Source: Hydrurus foetidus
Taxonomy: Eukaryota
Length of the DNA stretch: 21,172 nt
Direction of reading: 5' to 3'
NCBI GenBank assembly: GCA_900617105.1
Contig: UYFQ01000290.1
Span: 62,001-83,172, forward strand
Shown here: piece after piece, positions 1-10,667 of the stretch
Layout of the letters: each line of letters opens with the position of its first letter
Numbering within the stretch: position 1 is the stretch's first letter
Translations under genes and position numbers: made by a program
The notes under the pieces: model-generated
Seen by the model: only the letters and a program-made list of their open reading frames with translations
Told to the model about the DNA's origin: nothing
Database searches by the model: none

Positions 1-115
1 TTAGAATTGAATAGAATAGAATTGAATTGAATACGATATGATACAATACAATACACTACATTACGGCATAATAAAATCCAGTACCGCACAATACAATACA
101 GAACAACGCAATAAA
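1..115. repeat. Degenerate pentanucleotide microsatellite (ATAGA/ATTGA/ATACA) in XPO7 intron 6
   Basis: 5-nt periodicity: ttaga attga ataga ataga attga attga atacg atatg ataca ataca ataca ctaca. Confidence 0.85.
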
Positions 116-249
116 ATATGGACGGAGAAATCATCTAGATTAGAATCAAACAGCCTTAAATCGAATAAGATCGAACAGAAAGGAATTTATTGGAGTAGAG
201 TTTAATCAAACTGAGATAACAGAAATGCAATGCAATGCAAGCCACTCAC

Positions 250-3200
250 CGCTTGACATAAGCCCTTCGTGATTAGTCTTGACAAGCTGTATGAAAACAG
301 GAGAATCTAGACCGGACAACACGTCCAAATGATTGCGGAATAGAACCTCTAAGAACGCGAAATAGGCCTTGGAAAGTTTTACGTAAGCCAGTACGTCAGC
401 CAAAGGTATTTGGAGACACACTTGCAAAGCGACATCGAAAGAGTTCTGTAGCGCTTTGTCTTCGTAGAGGTTAAACACACCGAAGTTGACGTAGTTGCCC
501 GATAGAGCACACGTGAGTGTGTTGAGCATCAGTCGAATGCCTGATGGAAATGGAGAAAATATAACGATGAAAAATAATGACAACTGAAAAATTGGAAATA
601 CGAAAAAATCAGAAATGATGATTATTAAGAACAAAAAGAATTAGGAAAACAAAGATGTAGAATAAAGGGAATTTGAAATATGAGGAGTTAATCTCGTACT
701 AAATCAATGCGAATCTAACGGATAACAGAAATAACGTAAAACAAAGTAACAACAAATTCAGACAGCCATGCTCGCATACATACATAGACGATAAAGTATC
801 ATTCCTTGGCACTATTCTCTTCTACTACACTGCTTGCATCACATGATACCTAGTACCGAATACCGATGATCACGAGATGATTCAAGATAGTTTCATCATA
901 AGCATCATCATACCAAGCAATTCGTCACTATCAAGTATACTGACAGACTAAGCACCACAATGAGAGCGTCTAGACATCGTGATAGCACGCGTTCAGTGGT
1001 ACAGTAAACGTGATGAAGGATATGCTATATAACGTGATACATCTATCAAGTGTACCGCTTCACTGACGTACCTTTGTATTTCTCTAAGTAAATATCCGCT
1101 ATGACGGGCACTTGAAGAATGCGGCTGCCATACGCACACAGAATAGCACTAGTTTCGCGGAACAGAAGAATGCCGTGTGCGCTGGATTGCTCAAAGAATA
1201 TTCTTTGGCCTTTGTTTAGTACGAATTCCTTACGAGAAAATAATTGGTAGCGATAGTAAATGGATGAAAATGTTGTCATACTAATGTGATTACATTAGAC
1301 GCTACGTGCAGTTTATAGAGCACGCAAAACTTCGAAAAGAAGTGACAAGAAAATAAGCAAGTGAAAATAAAAAATAGACAAAGAGACGAATGAGTGAATC
1401 AATCAAGAAATGAAAAATGAATGAATAAATAAGATGTAAACAAATAATTCAGTGAAAGAATTCAATTCATTTTATTTCATAATCAAAAGATAAACTCTCA
1501 TGCATCGAATGCCAAGCACTGGTACTTTGCATAGTCTACCACATCCGAGAGATACATAGAAAATAAGAATTGATACATGATCTCAAGACATAATAGTTAT
1601 GATTTTGGTAATTATTTCTCACCTTCATGAATTTTAGTAGAGCAGTCATGACAGTGGCGTCATCATACCAAATCTCGGCCACTCTTACGAGGAGAGGAAA
1701 GGCATCCGGATAAAGCGCTTCGAACAGAAGGTTGTACGTTCTCTTGTTGTACGTACTCTCCGTAATTCCCCTAAGGTCTCGCAACGCTCCTAACAGAGCG
1801 ATTTTCACAGCTGGAGTACGTATGTCAGAAGTCTGACTTAGTTGCGCTATAATAGCTACATTAGGAACGATGAAAGTGTCGAATGAATTGTTAAGATCTT
1901 CTGAGGAAGAAAAGACAAGTCGACTCAATGCGGAGTAAAACGTTATCCGGTATTTATTGTCATTGTCATATCCTAAAAAAGGAAAATGAGTGCCGACATG
2001 ATTATGCACCAAGAAGTTAACTGTCTCCAATCCAAGTAGCGTTTTGCTCGAGCTGTAACTCGTGACTGTGAGCTCCACAAAGGCTTCTAATGTCTGCTCT
2101 AATATCTCGTCTGCTTTGTGCCAGTATTTGATGTTACTGCACAACTTATTCACCACGCTATTCATTACTTCTGACATGTCTCCAATAGCCATCGCATCGT
2201 ATATCTACATGAAAATAATAGTCATAATAAAATCATAAATATCATAAATGAGTATGCAAATAACTGAATTAAACTAATAAACAGAAAGTGTGATGAAGAC
2301 AAAAATAAACAAAAAAAGATAAAATGCTATAATATTGCAAAAAAAATTTAAATTGAATAATATCAAAATTAAAAAACGAGTAGAGTCATTATATGGAAGT
2401 ATGTAGAGCACAAACTAAATAAATTGAAACAATTAATATCTTACAGAGGATATATCTTGATTTGCATCTTTGTCGGACCCCCCTTGTTCTTCCGGATACG
2501 ACAAGGCGAGTGAAAGAAGCGGGTGAGCAGGAGAACCTAGAAAGGTGGAAATAATTGTGATATTGTTAACAGTAGAAACAGTGTCAATATTGTTAAATTT
2601 GAAAAAGGTAATATTGTTAACATGAAAATTGAAATTTAAAGTTGATAATATTGTTATTATCAAACACGGATAACATTCTTAACATTTAAAATTTAGAATG
2701 ACGTCATTTTATCACAAAATAGATAAGCATGACATGAAAAAATAATCAATATATGAGTAGGATATCAAAGATTGTAAAAAACCATTTGACGACAAATATA
2801 TGGAAAATATGGTATGTACACATAGTCCAGAGTTTGTTGTAAAATTTCACGAATTCAAACAATTTCGCTTCAACAAAACGCTTCCAAAAAGTTGTAACTT
2901 ATTTACGACTCTTCCCGAACTTTGTAACCCAAGAGAGGGGGGAGGAGGAGGGGGTGGTGGGGGGGGGAAGACCTTCTTTACAACTTCCTCGGGGTATGCA
3001 AGAATAACAAATAGTACCTCCTGGCACGAGACCCATTCCGATACTAGCTCCGCCATTGACTGTGTCCATCATATATATTCTTTTGAAGGATTTGAAGAAG
3101 TACAGTATTGCGATCTCTAGTTTGGAGTCGCACTTCCCGTGACCCCCTGTGCTGATCAGTCTGTGTCAAAATAGAGTAGTAGTAGTAGAGAGATCGTGAG

Positions 3201-5316
3201 AAATGCCCTGCTGTGCGAAATATCTAATTATTCAGCACTCTACAATTTGACACAATGCTACACGATATGACACAATACAGTACCGTAGGGCATGATACGA
3301 TATAATGGAAATATATTAACACGGAATACGCTTTTCTATCAAATATGATGTAAAATGACAGCACAGCACAATACAATACAACACAGCACAACACAATACA
3401 ATGCAACACAACACAATGGAACTCAATACAATACAATACAATACAATACAATACAATACAATACAATACAATACAAGACAATACAATACAACACAATTCA
3501 ACTCAATACAACACAACACAACTCAATACAACACAACACCAGCTAACTTGACATAAATTAAATTCTGTAGAACATGGAATACGATACTGAACTGCATATA
3601 ATGCAATGACATAAAATATAATGTGTTACAACACAAACTAACTATACACTACTTCAATGAATCTCACCTGAAGTCCACTAGTTGAACTAATTGAAAAACG
3701 CATCTTGAAAGCTGTCCATCCCATAGAAGATCTCCATGACTTTTTCTGGGATCGGATGCGCTCTGTGCCCCTATCACAGAAGCTACCATATATGTCAGCC
3801 ATGTCATGCGTCCCTCGAATATCAGCAATTGTTTTCTGAGTTGTTGTGTGGGTGTTGCACTAATGGCCATTTTTACGTTCATCTCATACGCACTTAGTGT
3901 TTGTTCGAACACTTGAAGGAGATATTGTGCAACTACGTCATACTGCAGTCTTGCGATGACAGGCAGTCTGTCCATTTGTTCCTTAAGTGAACCCTCGTCA
4001 TCAAGGGGGTCCTCCACTGCCCCATCACTCTCCACAACAATATCAACAGAATCAATCATGGTCTTTATATACCTCTCCACCACCTCAAGTACGCACGAAC
4101 GTAGTGTCTGTGCTTGTCTTTGAGAATCAGTCGCATCCGCACGTAAGTACGGCAGTGCAGCAACCATTCTACCCCATAGTGCCAGCAAGTAGTGAATGCT
4201 ATTCATTGAATATTGCCAATTCTGCAATGATTTTATTGTGAAGTCTCCGGCCAATTCCAGCCAATCTGCAAACCCAGTTGTCTTCACAAGTTCGGATAGC
4301 TGATAACTCGCTTTCAACCTGCCCAATAATCTGCAGAATTCATGATAGTTGTCCACGTGCTCTAGCCCTCTTTTTGACTGCATAATTGTTTGTATGCCAG
4401 TCATAAGAGACTGTAGGAAAACTGTCCTCTCTTTTTCTGAAGAAAACAGAGACCTTCTGACGGATGAAAGTTGAACTAAAGCTTGCAATGCCATGTTGGA
4501 CCTGGGAGGCTCTGTAGAGGCGTAAAAGTCAAAGAGCAGACGCATGGTTGCAGTATCTTGAATTAGCGGTCTCCAAGATGAAGGGACTTGGATTGTTCCG
4601 ATGTCTTCCGCGGATTCTTCTGGATTTGTTCCGATGAAGTCGAAGGATACGCAAGCTGTCACAAGAGTTAAGGCTAGGCCAGCCATTCTACTGTCCTGGT
4701 CGGCTGTAAGATTGCCAAGAGCGCGCGATTGCAATTGGCGTAGAGTTGAGATAGATATTTGAAATATTTGGTAGAGAGCATGGTCACGAAAGGACACGGC
4801 TGTTTTCCTATGAACCGTTAGGGTGCGACCGGAAGTCGGTGTGTTCATCTCATCAACCAAAGCGTTTAACAGCTTCAGTCCAACAATTTTGTGGTCTGTT
4901 GTTGCCTCTAAGAATTTCGTGATCTTCTCAATAATTTCCCTATGTTCCGTACAGTCAAACCACCCTAATTTTGTTATGCGGCAGGTGAGTTTCGACAAGC
5001 TACCAACAACAAACTCTTGCAACTTTGGTGCCTGCACCGCCAGATAATTGAGCATGTAATTTCTGATTTCTAGCTTCTGCTCAGCGGTAAAGTTGTTCCA
5101 AAATTGCGTGATCAGCATTTCGAGACTTGTGCTCGCCATCAGCTGGGCATAAGGTTGTAATGAATTGTCGAGGATAAATTGACATTGCGGAATGTACTCT
5201 GCGGACGACTGAAGGGTAAGCAATTGTTGCTGAGCTTCAGCTCGTTGCAAAGGTGAGGTTCCTAGAAATAAGGCGTGACATAATGTCTCGACTTGAACTA
5301 ATTGCGCCTGATCCAT
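250..5316 (-). CDS. XPO7: Exportin-7 / Ran-binding protein 16-like nuclear transport receptor (importin-beta family), 3'-partial. Exons: 5316-3668, 3160-3018, 2536-2445, 2204-1623, 1228-1072, 540-250; continues past the left edge
   Basis: ATG at 5316-5314. All junctions are GT-AG and phase-compatible (2,1,0,0,1,1), giving about 971 codons without a stop. Recognisable XPO7 motifs: CRITKLGWFD, HRKTAVSFRD, FDFIGTNPEESAEDIGTIQVPSSWR, LVQLSSVRRSLF, NYHEFCRLLGRLKASYQLSELV, KLEIAILYFFKSFKRIY, HFPFL, LLKFMKEFVLNKGQRIFFEQSSAHGILLFRE, ALSGNYVNFGVF. Confidence 0.93.
3358..3540. repeat. (ACAAT/ACAAC)n pentanucleotide microsatellite in XPO7 intron 1
   Basis: Long near-perfect CAATA run at about 3424-3490 with degenerate flanks. 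It explains the CIVLY and YNTIQ pseudo-ORFs. Confidence 0.95.
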
Positions 5317-6104
5317 TCTCGAGGATTGAAGCGCTTACGACGGAAGTCAAAACGACTTCAAGATTGTTGTTTCACTTCGATTTTTGCACGGCTTGATTGG
5401 AGTTTGATTGTTCCAGTCATACAAAAGTGAGGAACTTCTGGAGATGGATAATGTTGTTGTTGAGATCGAGATGCCAGCATCAAATCAAATGAGATTCTCA
5501 CAGCTCTTGGGGGAGGGAAGGAATTCGTATCCCCTCCGGTCTTCGGTCTCTTTCGGCCCCATACCGCTGGAATCCGTTCCGGTTGGTACCTCGTAAAAAT
5601 TTGTAATTCCGCCGATCGTCTCCCCGTCGGAAATTTGCAACTGAAATCTGACTTCGTCTCCTGTATTTTTAGGCCAAACCTTAGGCCTCACCGATTACGG
5701 GTTGATTCACCGCTTGTGTAGTAATTTGTTGTGAGAGATTTATGGGTGAATATTACTGAAAAAATTTCACAGCGTGACTTTCAACGAGTCCAAGATATCA
5801 ATTAGAGGAGTCAGTTTTGTAAGATTTAGTTTGTTAAATATTATGTAAGAAAAACTCTCAAACAACATCAAAAATACCAATTAAATGGCTACTATATGTA
5901 TCTGCAATCTTTCTTCATGAACTCTGTGCGAGGAAAATCAGGGGATAGGGTGGGCAAAATTTCATCCTCACAAGTGAAAATGTCAAAAATATCAAAAATT
6001 GCACCGTAGCACGAGGAATGGGGGGCGCCTGACCCTATTCGAAAAATAAGATTCAAAATTCATATAGAGGTATATGTACTCCAATCATTTCTTTGTCCCC
6101 CAGT

Positions 6105-7487
6105 CTACAGTTTACACGACTTTCTATAGTAGTCTGTTATTGGCTGTGTTGTCATTAAAATTATCATAGCATGAGGCGCAGTGCGCATGTAGTATGCGCC
6201 AAAGCCAGTCCAGAAAGACAGAATTCCTTCAGTCGTGTAGATTTTGACTACAGCATCGGCAAGACCTTTGTATCTACCTCCATCCTCTACGAATAAAATT
6301 TACGAATAAAAAGTTACATCAAAGAAAGTTAGAATGACACTCTGCGGTAAAAGATATTTGAAGAAATGATGAAAATTTCTGCAATACGCTCATATATTAA
6401 GCAATTAAAGACTTACGCATTCTGGATTTTAACATGTCAAATGGCAAAGAGCACGCGGTTGCTGTGACACCGGCAATAAGTGATGCTCCCAGTTGAGTCT
6501 GGGTTGAAGGAGGCTTGTTTTCTTCATCCATAAACACGAACGCACCCAAAGTTTCTTTAGCCTGGGAAAATGATAGGAACGTCAGATGTATTCTATTAAA
6601 AACTATGTACAAAATATAAGATTGACAACTTGGAGTAATTGTGAGACGTTGACTTACCTGGTCGTAGCAGGCGAGCATTCCTACGTTGATGGACATTCCT
6701 CTGAGGATATTCGCTGCTAAACCACTGTTTCAAATGAAAAAAACGTCCAGACAGCGGAAGTTTAGGGAATTAAGGAGTCTACTAGAATAAGACCTTTGAT
6801 TTATGATGGGAGTCATTCGCTATTATCGTCAGTGAACATATCGTGCACTGAAAAATTGGATAAGGCGCTCGGTGTCATGGGCACCTGTATAATTTTCTGA
6901 ATCCTTCCTCTTTGGCAACGCGCTGTAACGCGTCAAAAACATTTTTGTATCCTCTTCTATCTCCCGCAACCTTCATGGAGTCCGCTTGCATTCTGACAAG
7001 TGCTACATCGAAGGGGGTGCCGAGACACACTGCCAATGAGCCGCTCCCCATGCCACTGTATTTGTATGCAGGAAAATTTAAGTTTCGGACTCTACATACT
7101 TAAATTGTTGAGTGATGAATTACACTGGTAAAGAAATGATGAAAGCTCCCACCTGAGGGCCTTGTAACCAAAGTTCAGAGGTTTTCCATCATTTCTTTTT
7201 TGTAAGTAGTCTGAAAATGTCCTATGGAGACCGATTCTTGCGGTACCGTACACACATTGCCTCGCAAGAGCGGCAGATAGACCAGAGTAAATTGAAACGA
7301 ATCCCTCTTTCTTCACCATTGTCGTGATGATTTCCGGGAAGGAGGGCTTAGGTTTTCCGGCATGCTCCAGGGCAAATAATTGCAATCTGACCTTCGCCAA
7401 GTCAACTGGATGAACGATGGAAGACGCGAAGCATGCTGAGAGACCTCCGCAGACGAATGGTTGCGCTGTTGACAAGAAGTCTGCCAT
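6105..7487 (-). CDS. Mitochondrial carrier (SLC25), 2-oxoglutarate/malate or dicarboxylate-tricarboxylate carrier type, complete, 299 aa. Exons: 7487-7153, 7055-6885, 6724-6658, 6561-6417, 6286-6105
   Basis: Spliced CDS is 900 nt from ATG 7487 to TAG 6107-6105, with GT-AG introns of 97, 160, 96 and 130 nt. Three Px[D/E]xx[K/R]x[K/R]-type signatures: PVDLAKVRLQ, PFDVALVRMQ, PFDMLKSRMQ. YSGLSAALARQCVYGTARIG, VGMLACYDQAKE and YYMRTAPHA resemble the OGC (SLC25A11) / plant DTC subfamily. Exact substrate is inferred. Confidence 0.9.
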
Positions 7488-8662
7488 CTTATCTTGCTGC
7501 ACTGTCCTCAGTTATGAAAGTGGAATCTCTCGATCTTGAATCGATTGAAGCTAGAATTGGGTGACCGTGGGGCATAGGTGTTGGCTACAATGGCTTCACT
7601 GTCACGAAAAGGGCACAGGTGGGTGTCAGTTTGGTGGGTTGTTGATGTTTTACGAACCACCATTAGGATCTTGTATGAGGGGAGATAGGGGATGAAGTCG
7701 TGTAGTCGTGTCACATGACTCTCGGACTCTCGATCTATGAAGTGCATCCAACACGTAACCCTTTGGGGGGTGACATTGACTGGATACAAGATCCCCAGTC
7801 CCCAGTTGACTCGGTGACAAGAGGATTGTCCTCGCAAGAAATTTTTGAAAATGCATCGGGAATGTTTCGTGGCCAACACGAGAATCTACACTACTAGCAG
7901 GTTGCTGCATCGAAATTGTTTTGATTGCACCCACAAATTATAAAAATGTGTGCTATTTTTGTTACTAAACCATGTCGCGGGAAATGTGTAACCGCCACGG
8001 AATCTTTAGATTGTGACCAGCTTCTACATGTTCATCATATGGTCATTCTTTATCAAATCACATCAACTGCTGGATAATATGATCTGCAAAACTTAAAAAC
8101 CTGGTTTCAGAAACTATGGTCAAATCTTCCCTGTTTTTTTCTCCTGTCCTTCTTGTGCTTTTTGAATGTCTTACTTCTATGTCTCACTTCTGTTGACAGT
8201 TGGGACGGCTGAGATTAGACACTATCATAAAATCAGGGGATTTTGTGAATGAACTCTTCGAAAATAGCGAATTCATCTTATCACTTGCACCCCATGATCG
8301 ATTTTCTAGGATTCTTGTGATCATCTTGACATTACATTGGAAGAGCCAGATAGCTAAAACTCTGTGAATGACCCAATTCGTTCTTTACATCTGATTCAAT
8401 TCACATCTGGTCGCACGAGTCTCCTCCTATCCTAAACTCAGATATTTCCTCTATGCGATGTGCGGAGTCGACTGACAAGAAATTTTCAAAAAAGTTATGA
8501 AGACCTTGGACTATCTACTTGGAATCACACGTTACGTGGCGTACGGGATAACGTTCTTTGACAGCGCATCACTGTCACAGAAGGACAGCGATTACCTCTC
8601 CTATCTATGTCATTCTATCATAACATATCAATTCTGCTATCTCACTCCTTCACGTCATCGTT
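7488..8662. promoter_or_regulatory. Divergent intergenic region holding the promoters/5' UTRs of the carrier gene (minus) and the ADP-ribosylglycohydrolase gene (plus)
   Basis: Lies between two head-to-head start codons. Contains an E-box-like near-palindrome GTCACATGAC at about 7710-7719. No specific element is proven. Confidence 0.5.
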
Positions 8663-10250
8663 ATGCGAATCAGCAGCTCCTTTCCATCTTTGCTGACGAA
8701 TTTTCATATTTCATCAAGAATGGCCATGAAAATGTCAACCGCCGCGACTGTTAACGCTATACTGTCAGTTAACGATAGAAAAAAGTCAGCCATGTTTGGT
8801 CTTTTCGTTGCTGATGCAACGGCCATGCCGGTCCATTGGATGTATGATTTGCGTCAATTGCAGAGCGACTATGGTGAAATTACAGGATATGTGAAACCGA
8901 AAGATCAATTTTACGGCAGTATCATGAACCTCTCGAATACAGGAGGTGGCGGTAGAGGTTCTGATAAGGGCGATATTGTTGGTGACGTCATTCTTCATGG
9001 GAAGAAAAAGTATTGGGTAAGAGGTGGAAATAATCACTACCACTTGGGTCTAAAAGCGGGGGAGAATACCCTAGAGGCACAGCTTACACGTCTGCTCTCG
9101 AAGTCAATCAGTGATGCTGGACTCTTCGACGCCAATCACTTCCGCGAACGTTATGTCACTTTTATGACGACACCTGGCTCACACAATGACACATATGCAT
9201 CAACATGCCATCGCATGTTCTTCGCTAACTTCGTGAAAGGTTCGAACGCTCTTCCAAAACTATCTCCACAAATCGGCTGATCGTAATTGCAAAAAGTCAG
9301 CAACATCCCTCTCTTAACACCTGGCGTACACAACTATTACACAGGAGTCGCACCATCGGAGTGTGCTGACAATGATGGCCACAATACTGACGCCATTGAC
9401 GCACTTACGTTGACTGTCCCAGTAATTATTAAATATGCCGACGCAAGTCGAGAGGAGAGAAACAAAAAGGTCAGCAACGTTCTAGCACCAAATTGAGACC
9501 CAACAAACTGCGCGTCTGACTAGTGCAAAAATAAATTCGAAGGTTAAGGAGGTCATATATGTCACCAGGAAAACACACGCATTAGACAGATATGCTGAGG
9601 CGTTCTCAGATTTACTGGTATCAGTACTACACGGTACCGATTTGAGGACTGCAGTAGAGGAATGCAATCAGAATCTTAGCGGGTCAAACTCACTCGGAGG
9701 AATGCTGTTCAGGTAAACGAGGAGAGAACGCACCACAACTGATACTGCAGCCTTCACAATCCAGTCTCCGCTCTATTATCGAAGACTTAAATTCCCCATT
9801 TTCCACTCATTTTCTACTCAATAGCCGTAGCACGTCTATTCGCGACATGGTAGAGCGTTCTCGAGGAGATCCCATGGTAGCCTGCTACATAGACTCCTCT
9901 TTTCCTGCACTGCTTCATTTCGCCTACAAATACGCTGACTCTCCGGAAAAAGCTATCCTAGCCAATGCAAACGCAGGTCAGATAAACTAGTTTCTACAGG
10001 ACGGCTTTAATTTCAGTCTGCTTGCACGTCAATTTTTTGTGTGAACTTATTTGCTCTCCATGTCAAAAATGCAGGGGGTGAGAATGTTGCAAGAGGCTCT
10101 TTGATCGGAGCGCTGTTAGGCGCTGCCCACGGCATGGATAGTTTCCCAAGCTGGACGAAAAAGTTACATGACAAAGACATCATCATGGATGAGATAGAAA
10201 CATTTGTCTCATCAACGACGCAATGCAGTAACATTCAACCAAAAATGTAA
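8663..10250 (+). CDS. ADP-ribosylglycohydrolase-family protein (crystallin J1/SelJ-like divergent branch), complete, 399 aa. Exons: 8663-9239, 9345-9469, 9543-9712, 9825-9976, 10075-10250
   Basis: Spliced CDS is 1200 nt ending TAA 10248-10250, with GT-AG introns of 105, 73, 112 and 98 nt in compatible phases. Family motifs: RKKSAMFGLFVADATAMPVHWMYD, GENTLEAQL, ACYIDSSFPALLHF, AILANANAGGENVARGSLIGALLGAAHG..FPSW. The start could alternatively be ATG 8720, 8726 or 8732. Confidence 0.85.
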
Positions 10251-10667
10251 AATGTAAACATCTTAATGTTTCGTCACCTTTCTTGCATCCCTCTACAAGT
10301 GAGCGCCGTAAGCCTCGATTAATTTCAGAATGAAAAATGACACCAAAAGACTTGAAAAAAATCTGAACCAAAAGTGATACAACGCACACGCATGTAAAGA
10401 AATTAGGGATGGATCCCGGACTAAAGAATCTCTGAATATCCGACAACATCTCTAAATCCGTAACCCTCCTCCCAGATCCGATTGATCGATCTTCAAAAAT
10501 GAAAGCACACGATTCTTTCATGCCATACTGAGGAGTGAGGTGATTTAAAATCAGAATCGAGGAAGAGCAAGGTCAACGCGGGGTTCACTGAGTCTATCTC
10601 AGGCGCAGCATTTGCTGGTCAGCTGTGCCAATTTGTAGAGAGACAATTTCCTGTACTGACGAGCGAC

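Noticed and set aside
758..899. Possible C/D-box snoRNA in XPO7 intron 5 (ATGATGA...CTGA on the minus strand)
   Set aside because: About 140 nt long, with no terminal stem and no convincing rRNA guide. The boxes lie in ATG/CAT-rich low-complexity sequence.
2800..3120. Poly-Gly / poly-Pro ORFs
   Set aside because: Produced by the intronic G tract and by antisense or alternative frames of XPO7 exon 2.
3224..3546. Cys/Ile/Val/Tyr-repeat ORFs, and similar ORFs at 15643-16003, 18476-19183 and 19944-20151
   Set aside because: They are translations of intronic microsatellites or pyrimidine tracts.
5893..6078. TATATGTA at 5893 and 6071 as an 8-bp hAT target-site duplication
   Set aside because: The enclosed sequence has no terminal inverted repeats at those boundaries.
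7508..7934. Overlapping 60-123 aa ORFs upstream of the carrier, and those at 5408-5691
   Set aside because: No recognisable domain or splice structure, mostly non-ATG starts, located in promoter/UTR regions.
5934..8241. 13-bp match AAAATCAGGGGAT at 5934 and 8229
   Set aside because: A few 13-mer matches are expected by chance in 21 kb of AT-rich DNA.
10251..10500. SECIS element behind the SelJ-like hydrolase
   Set aside because: The spliced CDS has no in-frame TGA, and I see no ATGA...AA...GA kink-turn helix.
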